Shown here piece by piece: positions 1 through 13,699 of a stretch of 64,000 bases of DNA. The translations under genes and the position numbers were made by a program. Positions within the stretch are counted from its first letter, which is position 1. Every line of letters starts with the position of its first letter. The notes below the pieces were generated by a model. The model searched no databases, was not told the origin of the DNA, and saw only the letters and a program-made list of their open reading frames with translations. The stretch lies in assembly GCF_009914755.1 (NCBI RefSeq), contig NC_060942.1; one strand, given 5' to 3'. Source of the stretch: the human T2T-CHM13v2.0 reference genome, Homo sapiens.

Positions 1-40
1 TGCTGGCTAGGGCTGCTCCAGCTTTTCTGAAGGGCAAAGG
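1..40 (+). CDS. DTNA: DTNA alternative exon (3' part; cut by window start), ...LARAAPAFLKGKG
   Basis: CTG GCT AGG GCT GCT CCA GCT TTT CTG AAG GGC AAA GG followed by the consensus donor gtaagt at 41-46; phase 2 joins the exon at 614. Confidence 0.85.
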
Positions 41-613
41 GTAAGTTACAGCCAGAGTGTACTGGAACCCTGCATTAACTAAACTAAAAATGGAGATTTC
101 TTTTGTCAAAAATGCTTTGTGTGTGAAAGACTGTCTTTGATTCAGTAAAAGCAGCTCTGCTTTAACCCAGTTAACAGCACTAAGTAGTTATTTCCAGTAG
201 ACACATCTGTGTTGTTATTCACTTTCCCGAATTTGTGTCCTTTTCTTTTTTGAAATGACTAAGCTGAAGACTCGATTTTCTGAAGGATATTTAATCTTTG
301 CTTGCAACCAATTTCAATGTATTTACTCTACAGATGAATACCTTGGCCTTAGTGGTTGAAAAATGTAAATCTGTTTTCTAAAACTTTATTTAACCTAAAT
401 GGAAGTCTTTATTTTTAAAGTTAGTGAAATCGAATTGTGGATTTCATTGCCTGGATTTCACTTGTGTTTTTCATAGCACATCACTTACTACCCTTCCTTT
501 ACCTGCTTGGTTTTCTAAATGCCTTTTCTACCAAAAACTCACTCCTACCTCCTCTACTTATTTCTGTCCACCTCTCTTAACAACACGCTTTCTTTCCCCC
601 TGCCCTGTTTCAG

Positions 614-706
614 GATACAGTACAGCCTGAATGTGGCAGACAGGCTAGCTGATGAACATGTTCTCATCGGGTTGTATGTCAACATGCTCCGGAACAACCC
701 CTCATG
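614..706 (+). CDS. DTNA: DTNA 93-nt cassette exon, IQYSLNVADRLADEHVLIGLYVNMLRNNPS (variable-region syntrophin-binding site)
   Basis: Long pyrimidine tract + cag (611-613), donor gttagt at 707, symmetric phase 2-2; peptide visible in ORF 519..740. Confidence 0.93.
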
Positions 707-2854
707 GTTAGTGCAGGTTTGGCTGCTTGACTGTCCTTAGAGAGGGATACAGTCTGAGCTGGTGACAAGCAGTCTCAGCAAGGAGCAAGGTCACTGGATG
801 CCAGTGGTGACACTGAAGCACTGTTAACTGGTTCAGTTAAGAAGTCTCTCGTGATGTTAGTTTGGATACTTCCCATGAAGGAACCATAGGATTCATATCC
901 TTGTTTATATATTAGCTAAAACGAAAACTTGCATAAAGGGATGCCTTGCTAAATATTAGCCTTCAGGTAGATTCAGGACTCCGGGTCCCACCAATCAGTT
1001 CTGTGCTACGTGTCATGTCAAATTACCACAGGATGGTGATAAAAGAATTTGTCTTATTCCAAGGACATGGATGTCTCTGCTGATTTGGAAAACAATGCTT
1101 CATTTTACTTAAGAGTGAAAAAGAGAAAATGCGATGTGATTGAATCACAAAATGGAAATCATTTCTTTAACAATGATAACAGTGGGAACAATCGTCTTTC
1201 AGCAATTCTATTACACATTTTTCTGATGACCATCCTGCTAAAGCCTGCTTTCACATCTTGGAATACACAAAACTTAGTTTCAGATATGTTAAATTCAGGA
1301 ATTAAGATAGCCCTGTGTACTTGGATAAAGCCATTCAAAAGGCTTTTCTCCATTTTCATTGTGACATAGGAGACTCCTTCCATTGGTTAAAGTTACTTGA
1401 TATTAATAATAAATGTGGATTTGCAGCTTGAATTAAAGGAAAAGGACAAACTATGTATCATATGTATTTTTCAATCTAGTTCAGACTATTGTTTTATAAA
1501 CATATTTAGCAAACCAATTCCTTGAAAATATGTCAATTTTTCTCAACCACTTCAATTTTCTCTCAATTAAGGGCCCATGGATTTTCCATAGTTACAATTA
1601 TTAAGAAAGCCAATGGGTTCAATTTCCATTAAAATGTTTCAAACCTTTAGCATGGCAAGTCCTCTTTCCTCTACTATTAGAGGAAAAGTAATTGGCAAAA
1701 TTAATGGCAATTACATTAAAAGTGATGACAAAAACTGCAATTACTTTTGCACCAACCTAGTATTTCACCAAGGCATTCCTCAGATGCTAGGCCATTGCTC
1801 CATGCTCCTTGCCCTCACCACTTGATGTTATTAGCCGCTTTGTTTCTGAACCTCTTTCCTCCTCACTTGAGTATTTTCAAAATTTTCTTCCTATTACTGC
1901 TTCTTAGATCTATTTTTGCAAGATTAATACATGAGATAATTTTTAGTTCTCATGAACTGATGAACATTTATGTGCTTTAGTACATACATGTATCTTAATT
2001 TGTATTTTTAAAAATGTATAACCAGTACACTAGTTTAATTTTACCTTAGATCCTACTGTTTAAGGGGATAAAAATGCACTCTTTGGCTGACGTAAATCCA
2101 TCTCTTTCTTCAAATTTTGTGAGCTTCTAGATTAAATAGTATCCACTTTTTCACAACTCAGGCTCTCAAAACTACAAAATTGCTTTATTCCCAAGGAGTT
2201 TGGTACTCCAGTGTTACATGGTAGCTGAAGCAGTAGAACTAAGCATTGAATTTTTTTTTAATTGTATTGGTCATCTTTGAAGAAGAATACAGTCAGTGTA
2301 GATTCAATTGTAAGACTATGATGCGATCTCACATCATGTCCTCTTCCCATAATTCTAAGCACACTCCAGTTATTTCTACTGCTCTTCTTTGACCTTTTCT
2401 TAATTAAGGTTGTTAACAAAGAAATCTCCAAAGAGAAAAGCTCAGAGTTTGTCACTACCAGCCATTTTCCCTACTCAAGTGATTAATCATATTGACTTGA
2501 TGGTTACTTAAGACCATAAATCTGTCTCAGCAGAGACACCTTGCGTCTGCCTGATGAAAGCTAAATGTGATTTGTATTTTGAAAACAAAGCAGAATTTAA
2601 GGCCAACCAATCAATGAAGGAGGCTTTGTTTTAATAGCTGCACCCTCCATATTTCTCATAGTTTTTTCTATCCTTAAAAAATTCCAACTTCTTTTTCAAA
2701 TTTCTCATTTTTTCTTCCCTTTTCTTTATGTTTAATTAGATCCCAACAATTCCTCATACCTGTCATGGTTCTATAAGTAATGTAATGACCTCTTACCTCC
2801 TTTAACATCATTGTAGCTACAATGCTTTACCATCATTAAGTTACAGTGAGACAT

Positions 2855-3110
2855 ATAATAATAGTAATAATAATAGTAAGTGTTTTTAAAACACTTACCT
2901 CATGCCAAGCTCTATGTTCAGAGCCTTGTATACATAATTTCTCCTAGTCCTTAAAGTAAGCCCATGGAGTAAATAAGATCATCCCCCTTTTATAGACAAG
3001 TAAAGGTATCATTTTAGAGAGCTTACCTGACTCTCCCTTAGTCCCACAGCTATAAAAAGTGGGGCAGAGATTTTAACCATTATCCATCCAAGTTCATAAC
3101 CACTGTGTTT
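2855..3110 (-). mobile_element. MIR SINE (degenerate)
   Basis: acttacctcatgccaagc...atcccccttttatagacaagtaaa...cttacctga resembles the reverse MIR core. Confidence 0.6.
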
Positions 3111-4329
3111 CATCACCTCTTTTAAAATCTGCATCAACACACGCCTTTCAGGATCTTTTGTGGATGCCTCCTTCACACTGCATCCTCCACGTATTTACTG
3201 AAACTGTATATCTTATTCTAGTGTTTTTATTTGATTTTAGCAAATATTTTGAGCACATACTAGTAACAGGAATGGTGATTCTTAACAAGTTACCTTTTAT
3301 GTATGTAGTTCCTTGAGTTGTGACTTCTCATGTTAATTGTAAGCTTCAAAAAGGGCAAGAGTTTTGTCTTCAGTCTCTTTTATCTTATTACAACAGCTGG
3401 AGTAAGAATAATAAATTTTGTATTTATGAAATGCTCCAAAAATTACAAAGCCTTTTTCCACACATTATTTAATTTACTTCTCATAGTCCTAGAAGGTTGG
3501 ATATGATTATTTCCATTTCACTGTTTAAAAAATATGAGCTTTGAGACATTAAGTGACTTATCCAAAGTCACATGCTAGTAAGGGCTTGCAAACAGGTCTT
3601 ATGACACTGGTTCCCATCTATTTTCCACCCCATTCCTTGGCCTCTAGCTGTTCTCCATCAAAAGCTTTGTTTTTGCCATTATTCAGACCTAATCCTGATT
3701 AACTCTGTGTGGGGGTCTTCTACCCTATATTAACTACTTAACACACTGGGAAACTGACTTATTTGTAATAGTTTGCTGCTAAAGAAACACTTATGTCATT
3801 GCTGGTTCTGTCAGATAAGTCAAATAAATAAACTGCAGCTCAAGGGAGAATTTCTGCTTCCTTCCTAATTCAATGAAGTTTTAAAAGCCTTAATAATTTG
3901 TATGCACCTTCCTCATTGCAGGAGAAGGAGTCTGAAATGTGATACAGTGTGGGCTTTTACTACCCTCCCCCAAAGCTTGTCAAATTCCTGGGCTTGCTAG
4001 TTTATACCAAGGTCTGTAGTAGACCAACCAAATGATTTGAAACCAGCCCAGAACTTCTACCTCTAACATTGTCACTTGATTAGACTCCTGATGTCATATG
4101 ACTAGGTTAAAATTGTTCTGCTTATATTTTTCTCAAGTACAAGAAAGTGTACATTTGTGTTGTCAATAGATTTCTTGTTAAGTGGATTAATAATCCATCT
4201 AGTTTAAAATTGCTCCACAATATTTTATGCTTTGGGAAAAAAGACATCTAAGAATGCCTATTTCAGAATTTCATTTATGAGGTCTAAATTTTTATTAGCT
4301 TGCATGCTTAGAACTCTTTAATAGATTCC

Positions 4330-4912
4330 TATTGGACCTAGTTTACAACCCAGACCCCTCACCATGGTGTACAAACCTGCATGTGACTTAGCCCTTGCCT
4401 ACTCCTTTCTCAGCCTCAGATCTCATGGGGTTCTCCCATTCAATCACTACATTTAGTCATGTCAATTTTTGATCAATTCCTCCAACGAACCAAGCTCTTT
4501 CCTGCCTCAAGACTCCAATACTAGTTCTCCCCTCTGTCTAGAACATTCTTTCCCATTTCACCCCTACTATATGCACATGAACTTGCTTGTCTAGCTTCCA
4601 ATCTTAGATTAAAGACACCTCCCCCAGTAGGTCCTCTATATTAGTCTCTATTATAGCATACTATTTTTATTTTCTTCTTATCAGCTGCAGTCATTGTTTG
4701 GTTGGTTAGTTGGTTAGCTGTTTGGCTGGTTAGCTCATTGGTTGGTTGGTTGGCTGACTGGTTAGTTGGTTGGTTGGTGGCTGGTTGGTTGGCTTACTAT
4801 TTACTGTATCTTCAGTGGGGCAGGGACCCTCTCCAACTTGTTCACCACCTTATCTCTGACATCTAGCACAGTGCCAGGCACATAGTAGGTGCTCAATAAA
4901 CATCTGTTGATA
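4330..4912 (+). mobile_element. L2 LINE 3' fragment interrupted by a (GGTT)n repeat
   Basis: Ends ctagcacagtgccaggcacatagtaggtgctcaataaacatctgttga, the typical L2 3' end. Confidence 0.7.
4697..4792. repeat. Imperfect (TTGG)n microsatellite
   Basis: gttggttagttggttagc...ggttggttggtggctggttggttgg. Confidence 0.85.
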
Positions 4913-5262
4913 TTGTAGAATATCAGTAGTGCAGTAGCTAAAAAAATTCCATCTTCCCCTAAACAAAGTTGTTAGGAGTAGTCAGAAACTTTACTAGCAA
5001 AATTAGAATTTTTACTATTTAAAAAAATCACTATTATAGAGTAGCACTTAAATTGAACATTTAGTATAGGAGTATAAAATAGATGAAAAATTAAAGTATT
5101 AAGCTTTGTGTAGTGGTAGACATGGGCAAAGATAAGCACCAGCAATTCACTGATGTGAACAGAGCAACTAATAGGGCATTCTAAAATTTTTTTAAAAACT
5201 TAAAGTGATAATTGGGCAAGAATTTTTTTTTAATTTTAATGCCCCCCTAGATTCTTCATCTT

Positions 5263-5634
5263 TGTATTAGTTTGCTAAGAATGCCAAAGCAAAATGCCAT
5301 AGACTTGATGGCTTGAACAACAGAAATTTATTTTCTCACTGTTCTGGAGGCTGGAAGTCCAAGACTAAGGTGCCAGCAGGGTTGGTTTCTCCTGTCCTTG
5401 ACTTGCAGATGGACACCTTCCTGCTGTGTCCGCAAATAACCTTTTTTCTCTACCCTAGTGTCTCTTCCTTTCCTTAAAAGAACAGCAGTCCTATGAGATT
5501 AGGGCCCCACACTATGACCTCATTTAACTGTAATTAAAGGCCCTATCTCCAAATATAGTCACATTCTAAGGTACTGAGGGTATTCATATGCTTTAGCATA
5601 TGAATACTGGGGGAGACACAATTGAATCCATAAC
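5263..5634 (-). mobile_element. MLT1-type (MaLR) solo LTR
   Basis: tgtattagttt...gcttgaacaacagaaatttattttctcactgttctggaggctggaagtccaag...gggagacacaatt..cataac. Confidence 0.8.
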
Positions 5635-7949
5635 CCACTTCCCCACTGAATCCACTGAATTGTATGCCTTTAATATTTTTAATGTGTAGGTCAAGATTTG
5701 ACTGACTCTTTTTAGTACATTTTGTTGATTTTGAAAAATGTGAGTTTATTGCAATCTGTTGAAAGAAAAAAGAAATTATAATCTGTTGAAAGAAAAAAGA
5801 AGAGTTACCTACACTTACTGACAGTGTCTCTTTTATATGAGTTTTCATTTCCTGTTAACACGACTCCTTTTGTTTAGTAAAATTTTTAGGAACTTCAATT
5901 ATAGAACTGGACTTCTGAGAAAGATATTTCCTTAGAATCCTGGAAATATAAATCTAAAGACTGTCACATCAGGAACAGTTGGAGTAGAAGGAAATGGAGG
6001 AGTCTGAGAGTTTTTAGAAGATAGAATGCATGACCTCAACTGTAACATAGGGGGTTGTTGAAGTCAGGGTCTCAATAAAGGAGTTTAAAGGTCTCCTTTA
6101 AGGAAGCCATTATTGTGGTAAATTCTTATTGTTATCCATGAAGATTGCCATTTCATGATTTCCTGTCTTTTTTTGTTGTTATTCCAAACCACTCACAAAG
6201 GGCCACTACACTAAGCTTTGAGAGTTAGTTTCTTTCCCCATTCTTCAGTACTGTAAAACCATTTCTCGGTCCCCAGTGTCACTTTGTTCCTTTCTACCCT
6301 GACTCTCTTGAGCTCACTGACTTCTAAATGCCAAAAAAAAGTGCTCTATTCCCTTAGCATTTTGCTCTAAACCAACTGCCAAAGATAGAGAATAATCTAA
6401 TAAAGCAATCTTCCATTTGAGTTAACTAATCCTCTTAATAGAAGAGTAGTACATGAAACTCGATGGCCTTCTAAATTAATTTCTAGTGATAAAATTCCCA
6501 TCACTAGCCAGAGTAGTAGAAAAAATATGAAAAGAAAATATAGAAGCATTTATATATGCTTTTGCTTTTGCATTTATATATGCTATATGCTTTGGATCAC
6601 AGTATTTTCTGGTTGACTACCCTAACTTAGAAAGCAGAACAGGCCCAGAAAAAAATCAAAAGAATGTGAACAAACCGTGAGTTCCCAAAAATCTTTGCTA
6701 AATCACACTTTCATAAGCCCTAGCTCAGCTGGGGCCACTTGAGTTTCCTGGAATGCCATTTTGAAATCACTGGCAACAGACACTGGCCATGCATTTCGGG
6801 TAGAATGTGGAGGGCTTTCAAAATAATGGATTTTCCTGCTCTGAAATGCCGTCAACACTGCAATCACTTGTTAATTCATCATAGTCTTGTAGCAAGATTA
6901 CTGATTATAAAGTCCTGAAATGAATAGCTAGGGCTGGAGAAAGTGTTGGAATTGGTATTTATTTTAATGATTTAGGGATTGTTGATCATTCATTTTCAAC
7001 TATTTGTAATTGAAGTCTTGAAATAGAGGAATTTATCAGAAGAATGCCTCCTTCACCCTTGTATAATTTGAACATACTGAAATGGCATTATGTGGACCCA
7101 TAAATTGTTCATGTGCACAAAGGGGTAATATTATCACACAGGCCCTCATTCACTCAGTGCTGGGGGAGGAAAGGCATGGACGTATGAGTTATCACTTGCT
7201 ATACAGAATCCTATATCTTCACGTCTTACATTTCCAGGAGGCTTTTTAAAAATATAACCTTCATATTACTTACACTAGCTAGTCATTCATTTTAAAAGAT
7301 ACTTTTATCAGAAGTTTTTATCAAGATTTTTAAAATTATTTATTTATTTATCAAAATACAAATGTTTCTGACAAAGTCACTTTCAAGGTGTCAAAGATAT
7401 CATGTTCCTGGGCCTGGAGCAATGGGGTTATCCGCAAAACACTGTGTTGAATTAGATGTATAGCCCCTAATACATGAGCCAGAAATGATAAACATGTTAA
7501 AATCAAATTCAGTTGTCTCTTTGTGGGGTAGTTTGACGTCGAAAGAAAAGACAGTGTAACTTTCTCTTTTTCATTGAAGCTGTAATAAAGAATTTAGTTA
7601 TTATTTTTAACCATTGCAGAATGCAGACATTATTTTATAAAGACAGACATCTGCTTTAAAGCATCAGTTTTCCAGAGATAATTCTGCCTTTGCTATTAAA
7701 ATTATTTTCTTACTCCAAATCTAAACTTGTGTAATGAATAAAATCTCAATCCACTGGGATTGATACTAAACATTATGTAAGCCGTATATCCTACAATTTT
7801 CTGTCTTAAGGGAATGTTTATAACATATCACACATGCTGTATGGGTATCTGTTAAATACTCTTGAACAACTCTCTCTTTTATATCGTTTATATTTAGGTT
7901 TCATTTCACGTATTTGTGTCTTCCATTTTGTTTTCGAGATCTTCTAGAT

Positions 7950-8144
7950 CCTTGATACTCAGTGTTGAACCAGTACACTGGACCAATATTATCGACATTT
8001 CTTGGAAGCTTGTTAGAAATGCATCTTCTCAGGTCCCACCCTCCCAACCTCCCCTACCCTACCACCACAGAACCAGAAACTGCATTTTCACAAGATCCCT
8101 AGGTGATATGCTTACACTTTAAAATTTGAAAAGCACTGCTCTAG
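7950..8144. mobile_element. MER5-type hAT-Charlie DNA transposon relic
   Basis: cttgttagaaatgca...aacaagatccctaggtgat-like core...tttgaaaagcactgctctaga. Confidence 0.7.
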
Positions 8145-9264
8145 ATAATTGTCAGATGGTAGATGATATTTTGAAGGGGATGAGGATTACTAATGGATAT
8201 GAACATGTTATTTAAAAGGCAAAATAATAATAACATTATATTAACTAATATTTTTGAGCACCTCATGTGTTCCAGGCATCACACTCTTTTGATGCTTTTT
8301 GCATACATTATCTCATTTGAGCAAAAGGAAAGAGAAGCCTCTTTTTCTGAGGAGGGAGAAATCAGTTGTTAGATAAGGAAATTCAGGAATGTTCTAGTTA
8401 TTTATTATAGCTCAGAGAAAAGGGCTAAGTCTAGAGTGGAAGTATTCATATTAAAACAGCTATAGCTTATATATGCAAGGGGTGTAGGCTAGAGCAGAGA
8501 TAATGTAGACAGGAATGTCTTATGAATGACCAGAAAAAAAAAACAAACCTGTTATATAGTGGATTCAGCTAACCAGACAAGAGCTATTTGGAAGTGACAT
8601 AGCCAAAATGCTGGAAGAACATAATTACTTTCACTCATCTTCTCACTTCAGAACAAAGGTTAAAACACTATGTTTCATGTTTACTCTATTTGTAAATGTA
8701 CATATAATAGTATGTTACTTTATATGGATCCAAGTGATTGCAATGAATAATTCTTACAACCTTAATATTGGCATAAGAGGGTGTCTTTACAATATGTATT
8801 TATGAGTTAATTTCTTTAAGGAAGAGCCGTAAGTATAAGAACTGATGCAGAAGAATATAAGTATGTTTATGAATGAGAGGAACTAGTTTCTGATCTTGAT
8901 TCTGAACTGATACATACCACAATAACCAATAAGCCAAACTACAACCAACTAGTTTGTTAACAAGATTAGTGCTATTGGTATGTTTCATAGAATTATTTTT
9001 AATGGCACCCAAAACTTAGTCTTGAATGGAGCACTTCACAGAATGAAGTTTTCTGAAATATGGAAGAATTAGTAACGCTTCTATTTGCATTAGTTTTTAG
9101 GGACTCAGATCATCCTTATTCTAGTATGAACAGTTTCTGTAAATTTATAGGAGGCACTAAAAAATTCCATTAAGGTCATTGGGAGTCACTACTAAAATTC
9201 TGTTTCTCTGAAAGTAAATATAAAAGGCAGGTTATAAATAAGTAGTAATATTATAGATGAGACT

Positions 9265-9768
9265 TGTATTAGTTACCTTATGCTGCATAACAAATTATCC
9301 CAAAAGTTAGTAGCTTAAAATAACAAACATTTATCATCTCAGAATTTCTGTAGGTTGAGAATCCAGGTTTGGCTTAGCTAAGTCCCTCTGGTTCAAGGCT
9401 TCTGTGAGGTTGCAATCAAGATGTCACTTAAGGCTGTGATCTCATCTGAAGGCTCTACCAGTGGGGATCCATTCACATGGTAATTGGCTTGCTTGGGTTT
9501 CTCATCACCTAGGTCTTTCCATAAAGGCTGCTTTATGACCTGACAGCTATTTTCCCACCAAACAGACCAAGAGAGCTAAAGAGAAAACAAGCAAGTCCAA
9601 GATGGAAGCCATGGTCTTTTTATAATCTCATCTTGGAAGTGACATTCCATTCCTTCTGCCATATGCTATTCATTAGAAGCAGATTAGTAAGTCTAGCCCA
9701 TCCTAAAGGGGAGGAAATTACATGAGAATGTAATACCAGCAGGTAGGGATCACTGGACATTGACCACA
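9265..9768 (-). mobile_element. MLT1-type (older MaLR) solo LTR
   Basis: tgtattagttacc..tgctgcataacaaattatcccaaaa..tagcttaaaataacaaacattt...ttggaagtgaca...gaccaca. Confidence 0.75.
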
Positions 9769-10164
9769 ATGATGTTTTTCTTTCTTCTTGCTTTCCTATT
9801 TTCTAACATGTCAATTTTGGACATGTGTTACTTGTGTAAAAAGGAAAGAAAAAATGTTAAAGGCAATAAAAGTAAGAGAAATTCTTCTGATCAGATGTAT
9901 TGATCAGAATAGTCACCTCTCTGTGAGGCTTTCTTAGTAAGACAATTGAATTGACTGAAGACAGGATTTATTAATGACCTTCCCGACTATATATTAGATC
10001 ATGTTACAAATTCAAGTCTGAGATTGTTATTCTAACAGGGTTTTGTGTAGTTTGCAAATCTTTTGCACCAAAACATTGAAATAGTAAAAACTCCTTGTGG
10101 TAAAATGACTGCAGCAATCTTTCTCAGTTGCCTAACGGTCTCCTTCTTGCTTTGTTCTTAATAG

Positions 10165-10252
10165 CATGCTTGAGAGTTCAAACCGGCTTGATGAAGAACA
10201 CAGGCTAATTGCCAGGTATGCGGCAAGGCTGGCAGCAGAGTCCTCTTCGTCT
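10165..10252 (+). CDS. DTNA: DTNA exon (C)MLESSNRLDEEHRLIARYAARLAAESSSS, constitutive syntrophin-binding site
   Basis: Acceptor ttcttaatag, donor gtaagt at 10253, 88 nt; dystrophin-family DEEHxLI motif. Confidence 0.95.
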
Positions 10253-11454
10253 GTAAGTAGTTGGAGTAAAAGGATTCGTCTGTTGGCATCTGGGATCCTT
10301 GAATTTTATATGTCATGTTTATTGTTATTATAGCTGGTGCTGATTACCAGGACAATTTGTGCTAATTTATTGTGCATGTGTTTGTTGCTAAGTTTGTGGT
10401 GTCTTGGTGGTGAATTTACAGTTTAAAAATGGAAGACTTGAGGAACAAAACCATCCACAGTAGTGTGACCCTGGAGTCAAGCTGGAATCCTCGCATCCCC
10501 CTTCATTCAGTGTCAACCCCATATGAAGTCCCAAGGAAGGGGGCAAGGACTGGTTGTGATTCCTTTATTTAAAGCAGGTGTGGTTAGTGAAGGCACTAAG
10601 TTTAAGGCAGAGTAGTTGCAAGTGACACTTAAAATATACCAGTAGAAATAATAGAGCTATAGCTTTCTCCATTTGTGTCAGTCTCTAAGACAAAAGCAAC
10701 TGTCAGCTCAACACATTGATTCAGAATTCATCTGTGCTGACTAAGGGTGAGTTGCTATTAGTGCGTCACAAAGGACAAAGAGTGGCAGGGGAGCAAGTGA
10801 GGAAGCTGTTGCCTGCACCTCTCACATCAGATGTTGCAGTTATCAGAGCCCTTCATGCTGAGCATTTAACCTAATGATCCCAGATGGGAGCTGCATAATG
10901 ACCGACTGCATTAGCCCTGGCAGTTGCTCTCTGTGACATCCGTGACTGTAACACTGTTAGAAACTACCATGAGCAAGATGGAGGGGATCCAGGACAGGCT
11001 AAAAGTGTACTGTGTGCCCCCAAAATCAGACATGATAAAACAGAGACGTAATTGGAGTATATGAAATTTTAAGGGCCATAAGTAAGGAGCAAACATGTTA
11101 AAGAAAATTAAAATATAGAATCAGCTGAGAATACAGGAGAATTAGATTTTAGGACAAGCAACCACTCCAGGAGTCACTTGAAAGTAAAGGCAAAACAAGG
11201 TTTTTGGAAAAACCTCTTTTCCAAGTTTTCTTGCCTTTATCCATGCATATACTTCTATAAACAGAGGCTATGGTATACCAAGATATGGGATTAGCAATGT
11301 GTGTCCCAGCTCTCCATGACCTCATGCAAAGCAGTGCTTCTTTGAGTTCAGTCTCCTCATCTGTACACAGGTGTAAATATGCTTATTATATATGTCAGTG
11401 CTGCCTGTTATTAGCATCCACTGAGATAGTAAAATGTGTGAAAGTACTGCATAA

Positions 11455-11785
11455 ACCAGCAATTACAAAATGGCAGCCTGCAGACCAAATTTGTCCCCCA
11501 GAAATGTTTTGTTGAGCCCCACAGTGTTTTCAATTCTTTATTAGATGTCAGGACTTACAAATCAGATGGTTTTCCTTGAAAGTCTGGATTTTCATCTTAT
11601 CTTAAAAGACTGACCAGATCAGATGCATGTTCCTTCTGACAGCAGGCAGCTGGAGTGGAGGCATTACTCTGCTGCTTCGGACAGGGCAAGTGTGTGGCAC
11701 TTTGCCACAACCCCTACCCTGGCCCACCTCCGTCACTTGAGTTACTTCCCTGCCCCTTTCAGCATTTGCATTAGTGATCCCTGGC
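11455..11785. mobile_element. MER102-like hAT DNA transposon relic
   Basis: tggcagcctgcagaccaaatt...aatgttttgttgagccccacagtgttt...gcatttg..gatccctg. Confidence 0.5.
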
Positions 11786-12971
11786 AGACTGCTAAATCTC
11801 CATGCACATGTTATTATTTATATGTGTACTAAATTCTCCAGTCTTGTTCCATTTCTTTCTGGAGAACATTAGTAACTTGTGTTCCTTGCCTACTTACACT
11901 ATATATAATCTTTGTGGATCCATCATAGGAAAGATACCGTCCACACATTAATTCTAGTTCCTTTGTAAATCTCTTCATAACCACATATTAAGAATAGTAT
12001 GATTAGCTGAGTAAATCATGATTAGTAAGATGACACTTGGTTAGAAAGGAGATAGAACGGTCATTTAGTAAATGGGTCAATGTTTTTCTTTATAATTCCT
12101 GATCAATTAATATACATAGCAAAGCAATGACTGAAATTCACAACTGGCTCAGATAAGTTTCTACCATTTATCAATACATAAAGTATATGCCAGAAAAGGA
12201 AACTTATGTAATGAAATCAGAAGAAAATCTTGAATCACAAGTCAAAGTTGCCATATGCCAGAATTAGCTACCGAAAGTCATTTAGAATCTAAAATGTAGG
12301 ACCTCAAAATTTCTTGTTAGCTATATAAGTCATTCTTTGCTGAAAAGAGGTGTAAATTAAAATGCATAGACAGCTTTATAAAAGCAAAACCTTTACAAAA
12401 CTTAATCTTTCCTACAGTTAGGTTTATGGACATTAAAAAGCAGGACAAGATTCTCTGCATCTGGCTTAGGCAACAGTTGCCATTTTTAAAAGCTTTCCAT
12501 TCTTCGGTAGAAAGATGAGTTGTGATTTTTAAAAATTTGTTTTTAAAACAATAAAAATTGGTGTGGAGGAATTTCTAAAATGTACTGTAAGGCAAAGAAA
12601 GCAAGACATACATAAGTGTACATAATATGACCCCATTTTTGTAAAACAACACCAAATAAATCCTTGACTAAATATACATAAACATACACAAACAGATATA
12701 TATATATGGCATATGATTAATGATATCTATGTTTATATGAGAATGGAGAAAGCTGTGACTGCATGTATACCAGTCGTTAAAGCTGATTGCATTTCTGAAA
12801 ATGAGGAGCTGGAGTGGTGAGAAAGTAGAAGGAAATCAAAGAATATACATGAATATGTGAATTCATCAATCTAAAATTACATGTGTGAATAAAGAAAGAC
12901 ATAAAAGTTTGTTGATTAGAAGAATCAGAAAAGTAAGTCTTACCAACTATGACTTTAAAACTATATTTTTA

Positions 12972-13270
12972 TTTATTTATTTATTTTTGTGAGATGGAAT
13001 CTCGCTCTGTCACCCAGGCTGGAATGCAGTGGCATGACCTCAGCTCACTGCAACCTCCACCTCGGGCTCAAGCAATTCTCCTGCCTCAGCCCCCCTAGTA
13101 GCTGGTATTACAGGTGTGTGCCACCAGGCCCAACTAATTTTTGAATTTTTAGTAGAGATGGGATTTCCCCATGTTGGCCAGACTGGTCTCAAACTCCTGA
13201 CCACAAGTGATCCGCCCGCCTCAGCCTCCCAAAGTGCTGGGATTACAGGCGTGAGCCACCATGCCTGGCC
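12972..13270 (-). mobile_element. AluS element
   Basis: Full dimer, (TTTA)n tail, 16-bp TSD taaaactatattttta at 12956-12971 and 13271-13286. Confidence 0.95.
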
Positions 13271-13699
13271 TAAAACTATATTTTTAATTGTACATTACAG
13301 TAATTGAACGGTAACTCTAGAGAAAGCACCCTCTCAACAGTGCAACATCTTTTAAAGCCACCTATAATGAAAGAATAGGTACAATGGGGACAGTGTGGCA
13401 AAAATAAAATCACTTCCCAAAGATTTTCAGTCAGAAAGCTGAAAAATCATTTTTCCTACCTTTTGTGTATTTGCCTGCCAGAGAATTCTGTTCTGCCTTC
13501 CACCTCACAGATGTGCTCCAGATCCACAGAAAAGTTGGTCCATAGGAGAAAAATGGCAATTGAATTTTATGTATTTGCTTTCTTTGTTTTGATAGAAATA
13601 ATTCCCTCCTCCTTGTCTGCATATCTCATGACTCCTGCCTTCCCAAATACATAGGTTCACATTCTCAATATGAAATCTTATAAACTACATATTTTACAG

